64,000 bases of DNA from the human T2T-CHM13v2.0 reference genome, Homo sapiens: assembly GCF_009914755.1 (NCBI RefSeq), contig NC_060941.1; one strand, given 5' to 3'. Shown here one piece after another: positions 26,301 through 38,300 of the stretch. Position 1 is the first letter of the stretch, and each line of letters opens with the position of its first letter. A model generated the notes under the pieces. It worked only from the letters and a program-made list of their open reading frames with translations, did no database searches and was not told the origin of the DNA. Position numbers and translations under genes: made by a program.

Positions 26301-29300
26301 CACAGAGTTGAACCCTCCTATGGATAGAGCAGTGTTGAAACTCTCTTTTTGTGGAATCTGCAAGTGGATATGTGGACCTCTCCGAAGATGTCTTTGGAAA
26401 CGGGAATATCTTCACATAAAAACTAAACAGAAGCATTCTCAGAAACTTCTCTGTGATGTTTGTGTTCAACTCCCAGAGTTTCACATTGCTTTTCATAGAG
26501 TAGTTCTGAAACATGCTTTTCGTAGTGTCTACAAGTGGACATTTGGAGCGCTTTCAGGCCTGTGGTGGAAAACGAATTATGGTCACATAAAAACTGGAGA
26601 GAAGCATTGTCAGAAACTTCTTTGTGATGATTGCATTCAACTCACAGAGTTGAAGGTTCCTTTTCAAAGAGCAGTTTCCAATCACTCTTTCTGTGGAATC
26701 TGCAAGTGGATATTTGGACCTATTTTGAAGATTTCATTGGAAACGGGAGAATCTTCACAGGAAAGCTAAACAGAAGCATTCTCAGAAACTTCTTTGTGAT
26801 GCTTGCATTCAACTCACAGAGTTGAACTTTCCTTTCGAGAGAGAAGCTTTGAAACACTCTTTTTCCAGAATCTGCAAGTGGACATTTGGAGGGCTTTGAG
26901 GCCTGTGGTGGAAAAGGAATTATGTTCCCGTAAAAGCTAGATAGAAGCATTCTCAGAAACTACTTTGTGATGATTGCATTCAAGTCACAGAGTTGAACAT
27001 TCCCTTTGACAGAGCAGTTTGGAAACTCTCTTTGTGTAGAATCTGCAAGTGGAGATACGGACCGCTTTGAGGCCTATGGTAGTAAAGGAAATAGCTTCAT
27101 ATAAAAGCTAGACAGTAGCATTCACAGAAAACTCTTGGTGACGACTGAGTTTAACTCACAGAGCTGAACATTCCTTTGGATGGAGCAGTTTCGAAACACA
27201 CTATTTGTAGAATGTGCAAGTGGATATTTAGGCCTCTCTGAGGATTTCGTTGGAAACGGGATAAACCGCACAGAACTAAACAGAAGCATTCTCAGAACCT
27301 TCTTCGTGATGTTTGCATTCAACTCACAGTGTTGAACCTTTCTTTGATAGTTCAGGTTTGAAACGGTCTTTCTGTAGAAACTGCAAGTAGATATTTGGAC
27401 CTCTCTGAGGATTTCGTTGGAAACGGGATAACCCGCACAGAACTAAAACAGAAGCATTCTCAGAACCCTCTTCGTGATGTTTGCATTCAACTCACAGTGC
27501 TGAACCTTTCTTTGATAGTTCAGCTTTGAAACACTCTTTTTGTAGAAACTGCAAGTGGATATTTGGTCCTCTCTGAGCATTTCGTTGGAAACGGGATAAA
27601 CTGCACAGAACTAAACAGAAGCATTCTCAGAACCTTCTTCGTGATGTCTGCATTCAACTCACAGTGTGGAACCTTTCTTTGATAGTTCAGGTTTGAAACA
27701 CTCTTTCTGTAGAAACTGCAAGGGGATAATTGCACTCTTTGAGGAGTACCGTAGTAAAGGAAATAACTTCCTATAAAAAGAAGACAGAAGCTTTCTCAGA
27801 AAATTCTTTGGGATGATTGAGTTGAACTCACAGGGCTGAGCATTCCTTGCGATGTAGCAGTTTAGAAACACACTTTCTGCAGAATCTGCAAGTGCATATT
27901 TGGACCTCTGTGAGGAATTCGTTGGAAACGGGATAATTTCAGCTGACTAAACAGAAGCAGTCTCAGAATCTTCTTTGTGATGTTTGCATTCAAATCCCCG
28001 AGTTGAACTTTCCTTTCAAAGTTCACGTTTGAAACACTCTTTTTGCAGGATCTACAAGTGGATATTTGGACCACTCTGTGTCCTTCGTTCGAAACGGGTA
28101 TATCTTCACATGACATCTAGACAGAAGCATCCTCAGAAGCTTCTCTGTGATGACTGCATTCAACTCACGGAGTTGAACACTCCTTTTGAGAGCGCAGTTT
28201 TGAAACTCTCTTTCTGTGGCATCTGCAAGGGGACATGTAGACCTCTTTGAAGATTTCGTTGGAAACGGAATCATCTTCACATAAAAACTATACAGACGCA
28301 TTCTCAGGAACTTTTTGGTGATGTTTGTATTCAACTCCCAGAGTTGAACTTTCCTTTGGAAAGAGCAGCTATGAAACACTGTTTTTCTAGAATCTGCAAG
28401 TGGACGTTTGGAGGGCTTTGTGGTTTGTGGTGGAAAAGGAAATATCTTCACCTAAATACTAGATAGAAGCATTCTCAGAAACTGCTTTGTGATGATTGCA
28501 TTCACCTCACAGAGTTGAACATTCCTATTGATAGAGCAGTTTGGAAACACTCTTGTTGTGGAATGTGCAAGTGGAGATTTGGAGCGCTTTGAGGCCTATG
28601 GTAGTAAAGGGAATAGCTTCATAGAAAAACTAGACAGAAGCATTCTCAGAAAATACTTTGTGATGATTGAGTTTAACTCACAGAGCTGAACATTCCTTTG
28701 GATGGAGCAGGTTTGAGACACACTTTTTGTAGAATCTACAAGTGGATATTTGGACCTCTCTGAGGATTTCGTTGGAAACGGGATAACTGCACCTAACTAA
28801 ACGGAAGCATTCTCAGAAACTTCTTGGTGATGTTTGCATTCAAATCCCAGAGTTGAACCTTCCTTTGATAGTTCAGGTTTGAAACACTCTTTTTGTAGGA
28901 TCTGCAAGTGGATATTTGGACCACTCTGTGGCCTTCGTTCGAAACGGGTATATCTTCGCATAAAATCTAGACAGAAGCCTTCTCAGAAACTTCTCTGTGA
29001 TGATTGCATTCAACTCACAGAGTTGAACCCTCCTATGGATAGAGCAGTGTTGAAACTCTCTTTTTGTGGAATCTGCAAGTGGATATGTGGACCTCTCCGA
29101 AGATGTCTTTGGAAACGGGAATATCTTCACATAAAAACTAAACAGAAGCATTCTCAGAAACTTCTCTGTGATGTTTGTGTTCAACTCCCAGAGTTTCACA
29201 TTGCTTTTCATAGAGTAGTTCTGAAACATGCTTTTCGTAGTGTCTACAAGTGGACATTTGGAGCGCTTTCAGGCCTGTGGTGGAAAACGAATTATGGTCA

Positions 29301-32300
29301 CATAAAAACTGGAGAGAAGCATTGTCAGAAACTTCTTTGTGATGATTGCATTCAACTCACAGGGTTGAAGGTTCCTTTTCAAAGAGCAGTTTCCAATCAC
29401 TCTTTCTGTGGAATCTGCAAGTGGATATTTGGACCTATTTTGAAGATTTCGTTGGAAACGGGAGAATCTTCACAGGAAAGCTAAACAGAAGCATTCTCAG
29501 AAACTTCTTTGTGATGCTTGCATTCAACTCACAGAGTTGAACTTTCCTTTCGAGAGAGAAGCTTTGAAACACTCTTTTTCCAGAATCTGCAAGTGGACAT
29601 TTGGAGGGCTTTGAGGCCTGTGGTGGAAAAGGAATTATCTTCCCGTAAAAGCTAGATAGAAGCATTCTCAGAAACTACTTTGTGATGATTGCATTCAAGT
29701 CACAGAGTTGAACATTCCCTTTGACAGAGCAGTTTGGAAACTCTCTTTGTGTAGAATCTGCAAGTGGAGATACGGACCGCTTTGAGGCCTATGATAGTAA
29801 AGGAAATAGCTTCATATAAAAGCTAGACAGTAGCATTCACAGAAAACTCTTGGTGACGACTGAGTTTAACTCACAGAGCTGAACATTCCTTTGGATGGAG
29901 CAGTTTCGAAACACACTATTTGTAGAATGTGCAAGTGGATATTTAGGCCTCTCTGAGGATTTCGTTGGAAACGGGATAAACCGCACAGAACTAAACAGAA
30001 GCATTCTCAGAACCTTCTTCGTGATGTTTGCATTCAACTCACAGTGTTGAACCTTTCTTTGATAGTTCAGGTTTGAAACGGTCTTTCTGTAGAAACTGCA
30101 AGTAGATATTTGGACCTCTCTGAGGATTTCGTTGGAAACGGGATAACCCGCACAGAACTAAAACAGAAGCATTCTCAGAACCCTCTTCGTGATGTTTGCA
30201 TTCAACTCACAGTGCTGAACCTTTCTTTGATAGTTCAGCTTTGAAACACTCTTTTTGTAGAAATTGCAAGTGGATATTTGGTCCTCTCTGAGCATTTCGT
30301 TGGAAACGGGATAAACTGCACAGAACTAAACAGAAGCATTCTCAGAACCTTCTTCGTGATGTCTGCATTCAACTCACAGTGTGGAACCTTTCTTTGATAG
30401 TTCAGGTTTGAAACACTCTTTTTGTAGAAACTGCAAGGGGATCATTGCACTCTTTGAGGAGTACCGTAGTAAAGGAAATAACTTCCTATAAAAAGAAGAC
30501 AGAAGCTTTCTCAGAAAATTCTTTGGGATGATTGAGTTGAACTCACAGAGCTGAGCATTCCTTGCGATGTAGCAGTTTAGAAACACACTTTCTGCAGAAT
30601 CTGCAAGTGCATATTTGGACCTCTGTGAGGAATTCGTTGGAAACGGGATAATTTCAGCTGACTAAACAGAAGCAGTCTCAGAATCTTCTTTGTGATGTTT
30701 GCATTCAAATCCCCGAGTTGAACTTTCCTTTCAAAGTTCACGTTTGAAACACTCTTTTTGCAGGATCTACAAGTGGATATTTGGACCACTCTGTGTCCTT
30801 CGTTCGAAACGGGTATATCTTCACATGACATCTAGACAGAAGCATCCTCAGAAGCTTCTCTGTGATGACTGCATTCAACTCACGGAGTTGAACACTCCTT
30901 TTGAGAGCGCAGTTTTGAAACTCTCTTTCTGTGGCATCTGCAAGGGGACACGTAGACCTCTTTGAAGATTTCGTTGGAAACGGAATCATCTTCACATAAA
31001 AACTATACAGATGCATTCTCAGGAACTTTTTGGTGATGTTTGTATTCAACTCCCAGAGTTGAACTTTCCTTTGGAAAGAGCAGCTATGAAACACTCTTTT
31101 TCTAGAATCTGCAAGTGGACGTTTGGAGGGCTTTGTGGTTTGTGGTGGAAAAGGAAATATCTTCACCTAAATACTAGATAGAAGCATTCTCAGAAACTGC
31201 TTTGTGATGATTGCATTCACCTCACAGAGTTGAACATTCCTATTGATAGAGCAGTTTGGAAACACTCTTGTTGTGGAATGTGCAAGTGGAGATTTGGAGC
31301 GCTTTGAGGCCTATGGTAGTAAAGGGAATAGCTTCATAGAAAAACTAGACAGAAGCATTCTCAGAAAATACTTTGTGATGATTGAGTTTAACTCACAGAG
31401 CTGAACATTCCTTTGGATGGAGCAGGTTTGAGACACACTTTTTGTAGAATCTACAAGTGGATATTTGGACCTCTCTGAGGATTTCGTTGGAAACGGGATA
31501 ACTGCACCTAACTAAACGGAAGCATTCTCAGAAACTTCTTGGTGATGTTTGCATTCAAATCCCAGAGTTGAACCTTCCTTTGATAGTTCAGGTTTGAAAC
31601 ACTCTTTTTGTAGGATCTGCAAGTGGATATTTGGACCACTCTGTGGCCTTCGTTCGAAACGGGTATATCTTCGCATAAAATCTAGACAGAAGCCTTCTCA
31701 GAAACTTCTCTGTGATGATTGCATTCAACTCACAGAGTTGAACCCTCCTATGGATAGAGCAGTGTTGAAACTCTCTTTTTGTGGAATCTGCAAGTGGATA
31801 TGTGGACCTCTCCGAAGATGTCTTTGGAAACGGGAATATCTTCACATAAAAACTAAACAGAAGCATTCTCAGAAACTTCTCTGTGATGTTTGTGTTCAAC
31901 TCCCAGAGTTTCACATTGCTTTTCATAGAGTAGTTCTGAAACATGCTTTTCGTAGTGTCTACAAGTGGACATTTGGAGCGCTTTCAGGCCTGTGGTGGAA
32001 AACGAATTATGGTCACATAAAAACTGGAGAGAAGCATTGTCAGAAACTTCTTTGTGATGATTGCATTCAACTCACAGAGTTGAAGGTTCCTTTTCAAAGA
32101 GCAGTTTCCAATCACTCTTTGTGTGGAATCTGCAAGTGGATATTTGGACCTATTTTGAAGATTTCGTTGGAAACGGGAGAATCTTCACAGGAAAGCTAAA
32201 CAGAAGCATTCTCAGAAACTTCTTTGTGATGCTTGCATTCAACTCACAGAGTTGAACTTTCCTTTCGAGAGAGAAGCTTTGAAACACTCTTTTTCCAGAA

Positions 32301-35300
32301 TCTGCAAGTGGACATTTGGAGGGCTTTGAGGCCTGTGGTGGAAAAGGAATTATCTTCCCGTAAAAGCTAGATAGAAGCATTCTCAGAAACTACTTTGTGA
32401 TGATTGCATTCAAGTCACAGAGTTGAACATTCCCTTTGACAGAGCAGTTTGGAAACTCTCTTTGTGTAGAATCTGCAAGTGGAGATATGGACCGCTTTGA
32501 GGCCTATGGTAGTAAAGGAAATAGCTTCATATAAAAGCTAGACAGTAGCATTCACAGAAAACTCTTGGTGACGACTGAGTTTAACTCACAGAGCTGAACA
32601 TTCCTTTGGATGGAGCAGTTTCGAAACACACTATTTGTAGAATGTGCAAGTGGATATTTAGGCCTCTCTGAGGATTTCGTTGGAAACGGGATAAACCGCA
32701 CAGAACTAAACAGAAGCATTCTCAGAACCTTCTTCGTGATGTTTGCATTCAACTCACAGTGTTGAACCTTTCTTTGATAGTTCAGGTTTGAAACGGTCTT
32801 TCTGTAGAAACTGCAAGTAGATATTTGGACCTCTCTGAGGATTTCGTTGGAAACGGGATAACCCGCACAGAACTAAAACAGAAGCATTCTCAGAACCCTC
32901 TTCGTGATGTTTGCATTCAACTCACAGTGCTGAACCTTTCTTTGATAGTTCAGCTTTGAAACACTCTTTTTGTAGAAACTGCAAGTGGATATTTGGTCCT
33001 CTCTGAGCATTTCGTTGGAAACGGGATAAACTGCACAGAACTAAACAGAAGCATTCTCAGAACCTTCTTCGTGATGTCTGCATTCAACTCACAGTGTGGA
33101 ACCTTTCTTTGATAGTTCAGGTTTGAAACACTCTTTTTGTAGAAACTGCAAGGGGATAATTGCACTCTTTGAGGAGTACCGTAGTAAAGGAAATAACTTC
33201 CTATAAAAAGAAGACAGAAGCTTTCTCAGAAAATTCTTTGGGATGATTGAGTTGAACTCACAGAGCTGAGCATTCCTTGCGATGTAGCAGTTTAGAAACA
33301 CACTTTCTGCAGAATCTGCAAGTGCATATTTGGACCTCTGTGAGGAATTCGTTGGAAACGGGATAATTTCAGCTGACTAAACAGAAGCAGTCTCAGAATC
33401 TTCTTTGTGATGTTTGCATTCAAATCCCCGAGTTGAACTTTCCTTTCAAAGTTCACGTTTGAAACACTCTTTTTGCAGGATCTACAAGTGGATATTTGGA
33501 CCACTCTGTGTCCTTCGTTCGAAACGGGTATATCTTCACATGACATCTAGACAGAAGCATCCTCAGAAGCTTCTCTGTGATGACTGCATTCAACTCACGG
33601 AGTTGAACACTCCTTTTGAGAGCGCAGTTTTGAAACTCTCTTTCTGTGGCATCTGCAAGGGGACACGTAGACCTCTTTGAAGATTTCGTTGGAAACGGAA
33701 TCATCTTCACATAAAAACTATACAGACGCATTCTCAGGAACTTTTTGGTGATGTTTGTATTCAACTCCCAGAGTTGAACTTTCCTTTGGAAAGAGCAGCT
33801 ATGAAACACTCTTTTTCTAGAATCTGCAAGTGGACGTTTGGAGGGCTTTGTGGTTTGTGGTGGAAAAGGAAATATCTTCACCTAAATACTAGATAGAAGC
33901 ATTCTCAGAAACTGCTTTGTGATGATTGCATTCACCTCACAGAGTTGAACATTCCTATTGATAGAGCAGTTTGGAAACACTCTTGTTGTGGAATGTGCAA
34001 GTGGAGATTTGGAGCGCTTTGAGGCCTATGGTAGTAAAGGGAATAGCTTCATAGAAAAACTAGACAGAAGCATTCTCAGAAAATACTTTGTGATGATTGA
34101 GTTTAACTCACAGAGCTGAACATTCCTTTGGATGGAGGAGGTTTGAGACACACTTTTTGTAGAATCTACAAGTGGATATTTGGACCTCTCTGAGGATTTC
34201 GTTGGAAACGGGATAACTGCACCTAACTAAACGGAAGCATTCTCAGAAACTTCTTGGTGATGTTTGCATTCAAATCCCAGAGTTGAACCTTCCTTTGATA
34301 GTTCAGGTTTGAAACACTCTTTTTGTAGGATCTGCAAGTGGATATTTGGACCACTCTGTGGCCTTCGTTCGAAACGGGTATATCTTCGCATAAAATCTAG
34401 ACAGAAGCCTTCTCAGAAACTTCTCTGTGATGATTGCATTCAACTCACAGAGTTGAACCCTCCTATGGATAGAGCAGTGTTGAAACTCTCTTTTTGTGGA
34501 ATCTGCAAGTGGATATGTGGACCTCTCCGAAGATGTCTTTGGAAACGGGAATATCTTCACATAAAAACTAAACAGAAGCATTCTCAGAACCTTCTCTGTG
34601 ATGTTTGTGTTCAACTCCCAGAGTTTCACATTGCTTTTCATAGAGTAGTTCTGAAACATGCTTTTCGTAGTGTCTACAAGTGGACATTTGGAGCGCTTTC
34701 AGGCCTGTGGTGGAAAACGAATTATGGTCACATAAAAACTGGAGAGAAGCATTGTCAGAAACTTCTTTGTGATGATTGCATTCAACTCACAGAGTTGAAG
34801 GTTCCTTTTCAAAGAGCAGTTTCCAATCACTCTTTGTGTGGAATCTGCAAGTGGATATTTGGACCTATTTTGAAGATTTCGTTGGAAACGGGAGAATCTT
34901 CACAGGAAAGCTAAACAGAAGCATTCTCAGAAACTTCTTTGTGATGCTTGCATTCAACTCACAGAGTTGAACTTTCCTTTCGAGAGAGAAGCTTTGAAAC
35001 ACTCTTTTTCCAGAATCTGCAAGTGGACATTTGGAGGGCTTTGGGGCCTGTGGTGGAAAAGGAATTATCTTCCCGTAAAAGCTAGATAGAAGCATTCTCA
35101 GAAACTACTTTGTGATGATTGCATTCAAGTCACAGAGTTGAACATTCCCTTTGACAGAGCAGTTTGGAAACTCTCTTTGTGTAGAATCTGCAAGTGGAGA
35201 TATGGACCGCTTTGAGGCCTATGGTAGTAAAGGAAATAGCTTCATATAAAAGCTAGACAGTAGCATTCACAGAAAACTCTTGGTGACGACTGAGTTTAAC

Positions 35301-38300
35301 TCACAGAGCTGAACATTCCTTTGGATGGAGCAGTTTCGAAACACACTATTTGTAGAATGTGCAAGTGGATATTTAGGCCTCTCTGAGGATTTCGTTGGAA
35401 ACGGGATAAACCGCACAGAACTAAACAGAAGCATTCTCAGAACCTTCTTCGTGATGTTTGCATTCAACTCACAGTGTTGAACCTTTCTTTGATAGTTCAG
35501 GTTTGAAAAGGTCTTTCTGTAGAAACTGCAAGTAGATATTTGGACCTCTCTGAGGATTTCGTTGGAAATGGTATAACCCGCACAGAACTAAAACAGAAGC
35601 ATTCTCAGAACCCTCTTCGTGATGTTTGCATTCAACTCACAGTGCTGAACCTTTCTTTGATAGTTCAGCTTTGAAACACTCTTTTTGTAGAAACTGCAAG
35701 TGGATATTTGGTCCTCTCTGAGCATTTCGTTGGAAACGGGATAAACTGCACAGAACTAAACAGAAGCATTCTCAGAACCTTCTTCGTGATGTCTGCATTC
35801 AACTCACAGTGTGGAACCTTTCTTTGATAGTTCAGGTTTGAAACACTCTTTTTGTAGAAACTGCAAGGGGATAATTGCACTCTTTGAGGAGTACCGTAGT
35901 AAAGGAAATAACTTCCTATAAAAAGAAGACAGAAGCTTTCTCAGAAAATTCTTTGGGATGATTGAGTTGAACTCACAGAGCTGAGCATTCCTTGCGATGT
36001 AGCAGTTTAGAAACACACTTTCTGCAGAATCTGCAAGTGCATATTTGGACCTCTGTGAGGAATTCGTTGGAAACGGGATAATTTCAGCTGACTAAACAGA
36101 AGCAGTCTCAGAATCTTCTTTGTGATGTTTGCATTCAAATCCCCGAGTTGAACTTTCCTTTCAAAGTTCACGTTTGAAACACTCTTTTTGCAGGATCTAC
36201 AAGTGGATATTTGGACCACTCTGTGTCCTTCGTTCGAAACGGGTATATCTTCACATGACATCTAGACAGAAGCATCCTCAGAAGCTTCTCTGTGATGACT
36301 GCATTCAACTCACGGAGTTGAACACTCCTTTTGAGAGCGCAGTTTTGAAACTCTCTTTCTGTGGCATCTGCAAGGGGACATGTAGACCTCTTTGAAGATT
36401 TCGTTGGAAACGGAATCATCTTCACATAAAAACTATACAGATGCATTCTCAGGAACTTTTTGGTGATGTTTGTATTCAACTCCCAGAGTTGAACTTTCCT
36501 TTGGAAAGAGCAGCTATGAAACACTGTTTTTCTAGAATCTGCAAGTGGACGTTTGGAGGGCTTTGTGGTTTGTGGTGGAAAAGGAAATATCTTCACCTAA
36601 ATACTAGATAGAAGCATTCTCAGAAACTGCTTTGTGATGATTGCATTCACCTCACAGAGTTGAACATTCCTATTGATAGAGCAGTTTGGAAACACTCTTG
36701 TTGTGGAATGTGCAAGTGGAGATTTGGAGCGCTTTGAGGCCTATGGTAGTAAAGGGAATAGCTTCATAGAAAAACTAGACAGAAGCATTCTCAGAAAATA
36801 CTTTGTGATGATTGAGTTTAACTCACAGAGCTGAACATTCCTTTGGATGGAGCAGGTTTGAGACACACCTTTTGTAGAATCTACAAGTGGATATTTGGAC
36901 CTCTCTGAGGATTTCGTTGGAAACGGGATAACTGCACCTAACTAAACGGAAGCATTCTCAGAAACTTCTTGGTGATGTTTGCATTCAAATCCCAGAGTTG
37001 AACCTTCCTTTGATAGTTCAGGTTTGAAACACTCTTTTTGTAGGATCTGCAAGTGGATATTTGGACCACTCTGTGGCCTTCGTTCGAAACGGGTATATCT
37101 TCGCATAAAATCTAGACAGAAGCCTTCTCAGAAACTTCTCTGTGATGATTGCATTCAACTCACAGAGTTGAACCCTCCTATGGATAGAGCAGTGTTGAAA
37201 CTCTCTTTTTGTGGAATCTGCAAGTGGATATGTGGACCTCTCCGAAGATGTCTTTGGAAACGGGAATATCTTCACATAAAAACTAAACAGAAGCATTCTC
37301 AGAAACTTCTCTGTGATGTTTGTGTTCAACTCCCAGAGTTTCACATTGCTTTTCATAGAGTAGTTCTGAAACATGCTTTTCGTAGTGTCTACAAGTGGAC
37401 ATTTGGAGCGCTTTCAGGCCTGTGGTGGAAAACGAATTATGGTCACATAAAAACTGGAGAGAAGCATTGTCAGAAACTTCTTTGTGATGATTGCATTCAA
37501 CTCACAGAGTTGAAGGTTCCTTTTCAAAGAGCAGTTTCCAATCACTCTTTGTGTGGAATCTGCAAGTGGATATTTGGACCTATTTTGAAGATTTCGTTGG
37601 AAACGGGAGAATCTTCACAGGAAAGCTAAACAGAAGCATTCTCAGAAACTTCTTTGTGATGCTTGCATTCAACTCACAGAGTTGAACTTTCCTTTCGAGA
37701 GAGAAGCTTTGAAACACTCTTTTTCCAGAATCTGCAAGTGGACATTTGGAGGGCTTTGAGGCCTGTGGTGGAAAAGGAATTATCTTCCCGTAAAAGCTAG
37801 ATAGAAGCATTCTCAGAAACTACTTTGTGATGATTGCATTCAAGTCACAGAGTTGAACATTCCCTTTGACAGAGCAGTTTGGAAACTCTCTTTGTGTAGA
37901 ATCTGCAAGTGGAGATATGGACCGCTTTGAGGCCTATGGTAGTAAAGGAAATAGCTTCATATAAAAGCTAGACAGTAGCATTCACAGAAAACTCTTGGTG
38001 ACGACTGAGTTTAACTCACAGAGCTGAACATTCCTTTGGATGGAGCAGTTTCGAAACACACTATTTGTAGAATGTGCAAGTGGATATTTAGGCCTCTCTG
38101 AGGATTTCGTTGGAAACGGGATAAACCGCACAGAACTAAACAGAAGCATTCTCAGAACCTTCTTCGCGATGTTTGCATTCAACTCACAGTGTTGAACCTT
38201 TCTTTGATAGTTCAGGTTTGAAACGGTCTTTCTGTAGAAACTGCAAGTAGATATTTGGACCTCTCTGAGGATTTCGTTGGAAACGGGATAACCCGCACAG

